64,000 nucleotides of DNA from Fimbriosthenelais zetlandica (taxonomy: Eukaryota), in the NCBI GenBank assembly GCA_977030845.1, contig OZ365113.1, forward strand, positions 31,434,001 through 31,498,000, in the 5' to 3' direction. A program made the translations under genes and the position numbers. This document shows positions 12,701 to 24,580 of the stretch, piece by piece. Positions within the stretch are counted from its first letter, which is position 1. Each line of letters opens with the position of its first letter. A model generated the notes under the pieces. It did not search any database and was not told the origin of the DNA. It worked only from the letters and a program-made list of their open reading frames with translations.

Positions 12701-15700
12701 ATATATTGCATATTACTGGGGAATTTGCATTAAACTGAATCTGACAGGCCCAGTCTAAGGCACTGGCCAGACGCATGAGCAATGGCCATTTGCAGCCAGC
12801 CATTAGTGTCAATTACCCAAAAAGCAGACCTTATTTTTAGGCCCTTTCGAACCTGACTCCTTTCACCGACATTCCCTGTTGATTCCTCTATTGCGTGTGC
12901 TACGAGGGCTTAATTGAACCTTTCTGAAAGAAAATCGACCAGGATAATGAGTGCACTGCATAAGTTTGTTATCCAAGTTGTCCTGATTGCATTTGAATGA
13001 GTTTCAATGGTGTTGGTTGACCTAAAGCACCCGGTCTATACATAAAAGCTCCAACTTTCAAGCTTTCATTAACCAACAATAGATGCACGGATTACTAAAG
13101 AAATATTTAATCCCGTCTGTCAAAAGACAAACATAGCATCACAATATTATCCTTTCTGCCTACATCTTCACATTACCAGTCTTTTTTATCTAGCTCTAGA
13201 TTGCTATAATTTATGATAATTAACTGATAATATCTTGATCTGACATATCAAATTCAACTTCCTAGACTAAGTATATTGTTCAGGTGTATTTTGAAGAGCC
13301 TTTTTTGTACAGATTATGGGACTGAACGGTCACTTGTGAGTGACCATGTTAATTGCAGCCCATATATATAAAACAGCAGCGGCAGCTCCTTTCTTTTTTT
13401 CTGGAGTGGTCAGCCCATTAGTGGAGATTTGGAGGGAAGCGTGGGATGAAGGGCTTGAGGGTCAAGGGTCACAGTTGGCCGCAATTAGGAGGGAGGCCAT
13501 TGTCTTTCTGGCAACTGGCAGGGTCAGCGCGGCCATCTTCCCGCCAGGCTTAGGGCTTCTAACTGACCCCGACTTTTAATTACTTCTCCCGATGGCCGCA
13601 ACTTGGCCGGTAATTGTCTTGGGGGAGAAGACTTTGGCGAGGTCAGCAACTAAGTCTAGCAGTTGCTCCAGATAATATGTGTTGCTGGCAATCAAGGTGA
13701 TCTTCTCTCTGCTGAGTGGAATGGCTAAAAAAAACTCCCAAGAACAAAATAACTCGCCGAAGTACCACCACAGATATATCTAACTTTTCACACATGCCAT
13801 TACTGAAAACATTGAAAAGACTTGGTGGCTTTCATATCTTTACATTCTTTTCATTGAGGCTGCTTTGGATGGTTTTTGATCGTCAGCCAGTCTTAATTGT
13901 ATGCTTAAAATAAACCCTAAAGCCCTTTATTGGATTCCATTCATATTCAACCACTTAATCCATTCCCCTAAAAAAGAAAATATTAGACTATGACTAATGG
14001 TTTTATCCATTATGTGCTCGACTATTTCCACAGTCTGAATTATGTCCACACCCCTTCATACAACAAAGAAGGAGGGGAGGCTGGGGACCATATATTAATA
14101 ATTCTCAGGTGATTAGCACCTTTTCCCCCATGGCGACGAGCTAGCGATCATCGCGCCATCGCCGCGGGCAACCGACTGATGGCCAGCGTCTTGTCTTTTA
14201 GTTCCGTCCCCCACCACCGCTGGAGGCGGGGCGCTAGCTGTCAATTCTGGTCACCTCTCCCATTTGTCTGACCAGTGTATTGTGTGCACATAAAGTAGTA
14301 TCAAGACAAGCACCCTCATCATTCACTCCATCACGCATGTGTATTTTGTCATAGGAAGAGATGCTGATTCTATTTATTGGCAGCACATTCTCTTAATTCA
14401 TTTAATCTTTTATGGCTACCATATTCACTACTACTAACCTAGATGTATTACACATGATTTTATCCATATAAATTACCAAGCTTCAATAGCTTCACTCTTG
14501 TGATGTATTTCATAAGGTTGTACAGGGATTTTCCTTATCCTTTATAACATTATAATTTACTCCAGACTCCAGACTTAAAGTGGCATTTCTTGTACTTCTT
14601 CCAGGTGTTTTGGAACCGACGCAGCAGTCCCAGTCGATCCCACCCCTTCAGCAAGCTCCTATCAGCAAAACCCCTGGAGGCGGGCCAAATACCACAACCT
14701 CCAACACCTCCACCAGCCCAGCCGAGGTGCCCATTGCTATGTGCCCTTACTGTAACTTTTCAACGATCAGTCAGGAGCGCATGCAAGCCCACGTGGTCAG
14801 TGCCCACGGCCAACGTCCTCAGCTTCGTTGTCCTCTGTGCCAAGAGAGTTGCCGCAGCAAAGAGCTACTCAAAAACCACCTTGTTCAGGTGCATAACGTG
14901 ACTCAGGAGGGACTCAACCGTCTCCTGGTCATGGTTGATCAACCCGATGTCATGGCGCCACCCAGCAACAGCGGTGGCAACGGCAACAGCCAGCAACAAC
15001 AGCCGCAACAGCAAGCGGCGCCACCGCAGCAACATCAACCGCAAGCGCCCATGACACCATCGCCTTCCACCCCGCGGGCCACCACGCCCGTGAGCGCAGC
15101 CACGCCCCCTTCAGGAGCCCTCACGCCCATCGAGGACATTCCCGAAGTGAAGGCAGACCTAGCGGCGGGCGATGCCATCAAGATCACCGATGACGGTAGG
15201 TGGCAGCACAGGCGCTCTGCCCTGTAAGGTCATGTGATGTGGGAGAGGAGGAAGGTGATGGGGTCAGAGGTTAATGCAGCCTCCGTCCCCATGTGGCCTT
15301 ATGATGTATGAGTCCACATAATTATGCTCTCCCATAAAGTATCAGTTCACCACCCCTCCCCCTCCCCTCCACCCGCCGCCAACCCTTACCTCCCTCCCCC
15401 ACCCCCATTCATTCCCCCTAACCAACCCCCTCTCCCTGTAGCTTCTTGAGATAAACCAAATGCATGACTGGCTTGATCCTGGCTCCCCTGGCGTCAGATG
15501 GTGCAATCATAATGCATTCTCCCCCATTCCCTCACCTCCTGCCTCCCCTGCCCTCCCCCCTCCCACACCCTTCATTCCACAGCCTCTCAGATAGAAATGG
15601 CAGCAAAAACTAGAAGTGTATTTGATTATGGCCGTTTGGGAAGCAGTGGGCCGCCTTCAGCCTTTTGCTCATTAGGCCCGGGTGCACTGCCCTGCCTGGT

Positions 15701-18700
15701 ACATGTTAATTTGAGCCAGCTTTTGGCCAGTGCTCGCCTAATCCCATTTGTTCAACTACACACCCTCTGCCATCCATATAGCCCCGCCAGCCTTTCTGCT
15801 CTCCCTCATATCTCCCCACTCCACTTCAAAGGCCGAGAAAAACAGACCCGCAGAGTAATATGGATAAATTCTGGAAAGGTTCAAAAACAAAGGTACAGGA
15901 GGTTGAGGCTGCCTCCATCCAATCATTTGTATCCATATGTTGGTGATATTATTACTTGGTTTTGGCCTTTTATCCCCTCAATCCATGACAGATGATTATT
16001 AAACTGATTTGAAATCGTACAAATATGGCCCGTGTTAACCATCACATCTGGTTCTACTCATTAAGAGTTTTGCTTTTCCCATTAATCTCGGATGGTTCCT
16101 CAATGGGGAAAACATAATAGGAAAGAAGTCAATTATAATAGATGAATTCCAGATGAGTAATTCCAATCATTCAAAGCTACATAGACTAATGGAAAATAAG
16201 TACAATGTATAATGACTTAATAAGTATAAAATAAGTATATTGACTTAATAAGTATAATGACTTATATAATGGAGAAATGTGATGGAATTAGTAGTGTATA
16301 TTTTATTGATTTTCTTTTCTTTCTATTTCCAGGTACGGAAAGCGATAAGGGTGATCCCTATGATGACCAATATAGATGTCAGACTTGTTCGAAGACCTTC
16401 AGCAACATAGACGCATTGTACCTTCACCAGAACGAGCTTGGACACTTGGAGTTAAAGCAAACGCCCCGAGGACCTGGTTACTTGTGCTGGAAGAAAGGCT
16501 GCAACCAATACTTTAAGACAGCTCATGCACTCCAGGTGCATTTCAGAGAGATCCATGCCAAGAGACAACAGTTGGCTGTCTCTGAACGCCATGTATACAA
16601 GTATCGATGCAACCAGTGCAGCCTTGCTTTCAAGACATTAGAGAAGCTTCAATTGCATTCTCACTATCACCTCATTCGGGCAGCAACCAAGTGTAACATC
16701 TGTGGTCGCAGTTTCCGCAGTATTGGTGCCCTCCGCAAACATGTGGAGTCCACCCACCTCGACCAGATGAGCGAGGAAGAGCTGGAGCAGTACAGAGCTA
16801 GTCTAGCTACTGCTCCTCCTCTCAATATGTTCGGATCTGCGCTCACAGATGTCAATGATACGGACATGAAAGACGAGGAACAACCCATGGACGAGGATGA
16901 GGATTCCCTAAATTCTATTGATAAGATGGAAGGATATCATAATGACTCGAAATCCAATGGTGAAATCCCTCTAGATGGACTGGAGGGTATGGATGGGGAC
17001 CAACAGTGCTTAGAGGATTATTTCAATAGTCAGGCTATTGCTGAGGATAGTTACAATGATCCCACACGGAAATACAAGTGTCATCGTTGTAAGGTTGCCT
17101 TCACTAAGCAGAACTATCTGACAGCTCATAATAAGACACTAATGCACCGTAAAGGTGACAAACTAAGCTATCCCATGGAAAAATACCTGGATCCTAACCG
17201 ACCATACAAATGTGACACATGTAAGGAATCTTTCACTCAGAAAAACATTCTGCTGGTTCATTTTAATTCAGTATCTCATTTGCATAAGCTGAAGCAGCAG
17301 GCCAGTCAGGGAGAGGGCGGAGTGTCCAGCTCTTCTCCCGTCTCTAAAACTCAGACATCTCCTCAAACAGTCGTCTCTCCTGGATCTTCCCAATCAGTCA
17401 CATCACCACAGAATAACACTACGTCATCCCCTAACTCTAGCATGTCTTCACCTGTATCTAACAACAACAATAACAATGTGGACAATGAGAAGAAACCATA
17501 CAAGTGCAATATCTGCAGGGTGGCTTATAGTCAAGGCTCCACTCTTGATATCCATATTCGTTCTGTTCTTCACCAAACGCGAGCCTCGAAGCTTCAGGAG
17601 CTGGCACTGAATGGTCAGGTGGATCTCACCCAGCCCCTTATAGAGCAACCTGAAATGAATGCCTCACACAAGAAGGTTCTAGCCGAGATGCTGCAGCAGA
17701 AGCAAGGCATGGACTCCCTGATGACCTCCACATCTACATCTCAGCCTTCCAACACACCATCATCAATGGCTAGTCCAGGGAGTATGACATCTCCTTCTCC
17801 TACACAGCATCCCTCAGCACCTGCCACACCGCAGCCTTCTAAAACCCCGCAACCTCAGCCACAGAGTCAGTCATCACAACAAGCCATGTTCAACTGCCAG
17901 AGATGTAACTCCATCTTTGTATCTCAAGACGCTCTTCTTCATCATCAACAGATGTATTGCTTCTCTAATCAGGCCCAGCAGCAACCACAGCAACAACAAT
18001 CATCACAGCAGCAACAACAATCATCCCAACAGCAACAGCAAACTCAAGTACGCTACATTGCACGTTTCAAACCTCAGCTCCATCGTAATCTACTGGAGAA
18101 CATTGGCTTTGAATGTGTAATGCAGTTTAACGAGTTCAATCAAATGATTAAAAAGGAAGAGAAAGAAGAAGCCACGCCTAATGGAACTGAAGAGGAGAAG
18201 CCAAAGGTCGAAGAAGAACCAGATCAAGAGGAAGAGATGAAAACTGATGAAAACAAGGAGAATGAGGAGGTAAAAGAAGAAGAATCCAAGGCTGATCTGC
18301 CGGAAATAAACAAATGCTTGTGTAACACGTGTGGGAAGGAGTTCTCAAGTATCTGGGTGCTCAAAGCTCATCAGGAGGAAGTTCATCGACAAGTTGTCCC
18401 TATTGAGTTAGTGGAGAGCTTCAGCCAGAAATTCAAGGAAAGCTATGAGAAGAAACAACCCCAGCCTGAGCCAGCCCAGCCACCACCATCCCCTTCTACA
18501 TCTCAAAACACAGCAGCACCCGAAAAAGAACAGCGGCCACTGAGCGAGAATCGCGAGCAGAAAATCCCAGAAGCCATAAGGAAAAACATGGAAACTGAAA
18601 TGCCTCAATTAGCTGGATCACAGGCTGACTTTGCAGCTGCCCAGTTAGCTCAGATGATGCAGATACCAATGTTTCCGATGATGCCAATGCAGATGATAAA

Positions 18701-21700
18701 TATGCAGATGGCCATGAGCATGGCTCCCCCTCTAATGCCTATGGTTATGCCAATGGGCCATGAAGCTATGTTCTCCATGCCAGGTATGCAGAACCTATCC
18801 ATGATGGATCCTGGTTATTTAGCCCAGCAACAGAAGCAGCTTTCTAATCAGCAACAATCATCTGCTGCGGCGGCGGCAGCAGCTGCTGCAGCCCAGTCCA
18901 AGCGGGCTCGTACCCGAATCAGTGATGAGCAGCTCAAAATCCTTAGAGCTAACTTTGACATTAACAACTCCCCAAGTGAAGAACAAATCCAGGACATGTC
19001 TGAGAAATCTGGTCTGCCTGCCAAGGTCATCAAGCATTGGTTCCGCAACACCTTGTTCAAAGAGCGCCAGCGAAACAAGGATTCACCATACAACTTCAGC
19101 GTCCCCCCAGCAACAACTCTCAACCTAGAAGAGTATGAACGTACTGGCAGAATTGATAATGAACAAGATCAACTGACGCCAAATGTCAAACAAGAAGGCA
19201 ACCCTGAAGAGGCCATTAAGAATGACTCTCATAAAAAAGACAATCCTCGTACGGAAAACCTGGGAAATCCTCATCCCCAACCGCAAGGGAATCCAAATCC
19301 CCACCATGGAAATCCTCAGAATCAGAAAGTTTCTGATAGTGACATTAAAATGAAACCAATTATTGAAGTTAAGCCTGAGAATTACACAACCAATGTTCAG
19401 TTGAAGGACAGAGAAGGACCTGTGCGACCGCAAAGTTCTCTGAGTGAAAGCTCTCGAAGCAGGACCCCATCTACTTCTGCCCCTTCTACTCCACTTGCAG
19501 CTACACCAAGTGCTACTCATACAGAGATAGTGTCAGCATTGACAGCCAACCCCAGCTCATTTGTGCCACCATTGCTAGACCGTAAACCTCCAGAGATGAT
19601 GACTTCTACCCCGATCTCAATTGCATCTCCTTTCAGCCCACATTTCTCTATGGCACATCACCGACCGCCTGCACCCCCACACCCGTCGGTGACCTCACCC
19701 ATGCCCAACCACATGACTCCCTCACCACACCAGAAGTCCCCACAGCAGCCGACGAAGCGTGCCAACAGGACACGCTTTACCGACTACCAAATCAAAGTGC
19801 TCCAAGAATACTTCGAGCAGAATGCTTATCCCAAGGATGACGACTTGGACCATTTGTCCAAGTTGCTTAATCTTAGTCCTCGTGTCATAGTTGTGTGGTT
19901 CCAGAATGCTCGCCAGAAAGCACGCAAGAATTATGAGAACCAGCCACCTATCGATATGAGTGATGGTGAAGGTGGTGGACAGCGGTATCAGCGTACTCCG
20001 GGGCTGAACTACCAGTGCAAGAAATGCCTGACAGTATTCCAGCGATATTATGAACTCATCAAGCATCAGAAGACGCACTGCTTTAAAGACCCACCAAAAC
20101 CAAGCACAGAGGAGTCTTCTAACGATTCTCTTGCTAGTTCTGGTACTTCAATAAGTGCATCTCAGCCAAATGACACCACAATTAAGCGGGAATCCGAGGC
20201 TTTATCAAGGAGTTCTGTCACTGGGGAGTCCAGCAAGAAAACCGAGACTGAATACCGCTGTGACAAATGCAATCTGGTCTTTGCTCGCTTTGAGTTATGG
20301 AGGGAACATCAGAATATCCATGCTATGAACCCCAACTTGTTCCCATCATTCGCACCAGAGAGTGCTTTTGCAATGTTACAAAACGTTGCCCAACAACAGA
20401 TCCAACAGGCAGTCCATCTGCAGCAAAATCCAGGCCAACATCTGAAACCGCTGCAACAACATTCTCCCCGTGCCATGTCTAGTACCCCTACCTCTCTTGA
20501 TTCCTCTATGGAAGAACCAAGGACTCCAGTCAAACGTAAACTGGAGGATGACTTGGATGACTCGAGAGATCAGCATGAACAGCCAAGAGACAAACGGCTG
20601 CGGACAACCATCCTTCCGGAACAGCTGGACTACCTGTACCAGAAGTACCAGATTGATTGTAACCCAAGCCGTAAACAGCTGGAAACTATCGCTGCTGAAG
20701 TGGGACTTAAGAAACGGGTAGTCCAGGTTTGGTTCCAGAATACACGAGCTCGTGAGAGGAAGGGACAGTACCGTGCTCACCAACAGCTGATTCACAAGCG
20801 TTGTCCATTCTGTCGTGCCCTCTTCCGAGCCCGATCAGCTCTTGAGTCTCATTTGGCTACGAAGCATCCAGAAGAGATGGCTAAGGGAGATGTAAACATT
20901 GACAGCATTCCAGATGCGACTATGGATGGTATGACTCCACCTAGGAGTACGACACCTGTGTCTATGACCACGACGCCTCCGTCAGCATCATCTAGTTCCA
21001 GCACTCCTGACATGAAGATGATGGGACTCCACGGAGGGGCTTCTTCATTGGACTTAAACAAACTCATGGCTAACCCTTATAACATGCCTAGTCCATTCAT
21101 GCCATACATGCCACCGACTAGCCTTGGCTTTCCCAGTCCCAACCCAAGTGATCCTGTCCAAATGAACATGAAGAGGTTGTATGAGGACTCACTCAAGAAA
21201 TACCTTGATGAGTTAAGCAGTGCTAGTCATAAGATGCCTCCTGGTACTTCTGGCTCTGAGATGTCAGTCTCAACCAAAATGTCCGCCTCCCAAGGCGGTA
21301 ATCCCACCAGCAGCAAACCACAGGTGTCAACTTCTACGGTGAAGCATGAGTCCACCGAAGATGCCCCTTTGGATCTCAGCAAACCCATCAAAGTGAGCAT
21401 AGACACGGACAGATCATTTGATGGTCCCAGTACCGATCTCAGCGAGCGGAGTCACAGTAGCGAAGACCGTCGGATCAGTCTAGACGATTCACGGTCTGAA
21501 TCCTACTCTGAATCCACAGAAAATAATGACTTGAACGATTTAAATGACAGTACCCACGGTGACAGTTCAACCTACAGTGGGCCCAGCTCCCCCAACATGT
21601 CCTCCGGCACACCATCCAGTCAAAAGCCTCAGACTCAGGGTCCTATGTCTAATAAGCGCTTTCGTACCCAAATGACAAATGTACAGGTAAAGGTAATGAA

Positions 21701-24580
21701 AACGTTATTTACGGACTATAAAACCCCGACCATGGCCGAGTGTGAGATGTTGGGCAAGGAGATTGGGCTCCCTAAACGTGTGGTGCAAGTCTGGTTCCAA
21801 AATGCACGAGCAAAGGAAAAGAAATCCAAGTTGAACTATGCAAAGACATTCGGCACCGAAGTGGACTTCTCAAGTCGTCCCCCAGAAGAGTGTAAGCTTT
21901 GCAGCTTCAAGTACACACACAAGTACACTATCCAGGACCATATCTTCACCAGAAAGCATATAGAAGCTGTGAGAGCCTATATCGGCACGCAGTCAGACTC
22001 GGGGGACAATTACATTGACCCTAGCACCATCAACCACTTGATGAGACAACGGGAGATGGAGCAGGCTCAGAAGTCCTGGCCAGGAGCTGCTCCCCCACCT
22101 ACACCTACAGGAGTGGGAGCTGATGTGTCCACTCTGGCTGCTCACCCCCATCTTGCTCAACTCCATGCTATGGGACTGCAGGCCATCTCCATGCCAGGAC
22201 CCATGGCAGGTCAGTAACTAACTTTGTATCAGTAAAGATGAATCATTGATGCTTTGTATTGAGGGTCAGAAAAGGCTTTGGTCAGAAAAGAAATGTTATT
22301 GAAGAAGACGGGGCTGTGTAAAGCGTATCTAAAACTATCTAAAGTATCTAAACAAACTTTTTCCATACTTTAGACTACAAGTAGAGGGAAACATTTTACA
22401 TCAGAAAACTTAATGATATCCGATGAAAACTTGTCATTTACTCATGATCTCTACATTGTTTTACAGCGTTGAACCCATCTGCCTCTCCTCAAGTAAAGAA
22501 GGAAGAAAGGAGTGATTCCACACCCAAACCGACCGAGTCGATAGCTAAAGTTGAGGTGAAGCAGGAACCAAGGGATTCAACTGGTGAAGAGAGTGAGTTT
22601 CTGTTCATATTCACCTAATATCTAAGCATAGAATTGAAAACTAACAATAATTCATATCCTGTATGGCTTCTGGAAATGCAATGCATTTCTAAGGGGGGAA
22701 ATAATAATCTAAAACGTTTGAATTACTTTAAGTAGAGAAAAGCATGTAAGATGTAATATTATACATCACAGCCTCTGTCTGGTGGAGTGCAGTCCTCTTT
22801 TGCATGCGCACGTATTTAATAATCATAACCATTGGTTTGTTAATTTCAGAGAGTAAGACTAGCAAGGAGCCCATCATGTCGGTGACGAGTGCTGCTCAGC
22901 TTATGTCACCATTTGGCGGTAGTGGAGGAGTAACTCCCTCACAAGCTGACATGAACGCTGCTGCGGCAGCCGGCCTCCTACCTTACATGTACCCCGGTAT
23001 GGGCGGCTTCTATCCAGGCATGGGAGTTCCCGGCATGATGCCAGGCATAATGCCCGGTAAGCCAGCTCAGTGATCTATAGTAGTTACATCCATCACCACT
23101 GCTGTAAGTCATAGTACATAAGATCAAAACCAAAAAGTTTTTTCTATGTTTGGTTCATTTTACTTTTGGTGTGTTCGTGTGTATGCTCTATTGATTAATT
23201 TTGTGTTTGTGGACTTACAGCTATCCATTTTGTGGGTACGTGGTGTGGATATGGATATATGTGATTGAGAAAACTGGAATTACTAAACGATTTCTTTACG
23301 TATTAAGAAAATTAAGACATTTTTTGTTTTACTAATTAATGAAACTAACATTGGAAATTGGGATTTCCCTGGTCTGGAATCATTTCTAACAAACGTTTTT
23401 TTATATCAATTCCGAACTATCCGATCCCTGGTTTATTTATTTGATCAATCACAGGTGTATTACTTTATAAGAATTAGTTCAATTTGGAATTCATCCATAA
23501 AACTATTAATTCAAGTTTTGAAAATTTCATTATGAATTGATTGATTGTAATCTTTATTGAGTGTTTTCTGCCTTGAATGTTGCAGGCCCCGAAAATATGT
23601 TTATGTACGACCCCTCGACATTTGGCACGCCGCTGACCCTGCTACAGATACCTGCCCAGGCCATAGCCGACGTGCAGAGCAAGTTGTCTGAGGCAAATGC
23701 AACCATTGCCCACTACACCCAGGACTGCCAGGCCCTGTCCGACCTTAAACACATGGTGGGATCTACCGATGTGGCCGTGGCAAGGGAGGCGACAGTGGAT
23801 GTTGGTTACATCTGTAAGAAGTGCCATATGGTCTACCCTGGACGTGATGCTTGTCTGGCGCACCAGCAGCAGCTCTGTTACCAGGGCAAGTACCTCGACC
23901 CCAACAAATCCATCCTCAAGCTGGAGCAGATCCAGTACAAATGTGGCGCCTGTAGGGACAAGTTCTCCACTCTTGCCGAGTATAAGAGTCACTGTGGTAC
24001 CGATCAACACCGAGCCGCCGCAACCAAATACCTGGCTACGAAACTCGCTGCAAAGGCCAACAACTCCTCCACGACGCCTTCGTCATCCCGGACGGTAACG
24101 CCGTCAGTGGTTGACGCTCAGGTGTCAAAACCCAGAACAGTGGTGGCTGGCCATGATAAAGACACTAAGGTAACAGGTGACGATGCTGCTACCCCAGCAA
24201 CAACTCCTCTACCACCACCTCCTCCACCACCACCATCATCAACAACAACAACAACTTCCAACAGAACAGTGGAGGGTTCACCTACACTGACTACTACTGC
24301 CTCGAGTACACCTATAGTACCGGAACCGGAACCCCTCCTCCCACAAAGTAACTCTGAACACAGTAGTAGTGAGAGCCACTCCTCCCCACCAGCCAAGGTG
24401 GACATGCCTGCTACTGCTGCTGGTGATGAAGCTGAGGATGACACAACTGTGGTCCAAGATGGTCCTGAGGAGGAGAGTGAGCGAGAGGGGAGTTCCACAG
24501 CACCTGCTGAGGTGGAGAGTAAGAATATTACATCTCCCAGTAATCGGAGTGAGGAGCCTGAACCTATGGAACAGGACTAA
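608..24580 (+). CDS. Zfhx3/4: Zinc finger homeobox protein, ZFHX3/ZFHX4 (ATBF1/zfh2) family; 5'-partial, about 2630 aa encoded in the window
   Basis: Coding exons 608-706, 14605-15195, 16333-22209, 22467-22592, 22850-23056 and 23586-24580. All have AG/GT boundaries and phase-1 junctions that keep one frame to TAA at 24578-24580. The protein has many C2H2 zinc fingers, four homeodomains (WFRNT/WFQN helix 3) and a PLDLS CtBP-type motif. The start lies upstream of the window. Confidence 0.95.
757..830. repeat. Degenerate (CACT)n microsatellite
   Basis: actcactcactctctgactcagtcactcactcattcagcactcatc. Confidence 0.6.
14605..15195 (+). CDS. Zfhx3/4: Zfhx coding exon with two C2H2 fingers and a Q/P/T-rich linker
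   Basis: Lies in ORF 14580-15227; ttccag acceptor; G|gtagg donor; CPYC..H..H and CPLC..H..H fingers. Confidence 0.92.
16210..16270. repeat. Short tandem repeat (TGACTTAATAAGTATA-like units) upstream of the giant-exon acceptor
   Basis: Two full and one partial copies of tgactta(ataagtata) are visible. Confidence 0.6.
16333..22209 (+). CDS. Zfhx3/4: Zfhx giant exon (5877 nt) with all four homeodomains and most zinc fingers
   Basis: Lies in ORF 16257-22217. Homeodomains at about 18897-19076, 19755-19934, 20589-20768 and 21651-21830. Ala10 tract at 18864-18893; PLDLS at 21366-21380. Confidence 0.97.
23586..24580 (+). CDS. Zfhx3/4: Zfhx last coding exon: two zinc-finger-like modules then a T/P/S/E-rich tail
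   Basis: Lies in ORF 23561-24580; ttgcag acceptor; CKKC..H and CGAC..H motifs; TAA stop. Confidence 0.9.

Noticed and set aside
15597-15995. 132-aa ORF in the Zfhx intron as an extra exon
   Set aside because: No Zfhx-like motifs, and the flanking exons already join in frame.
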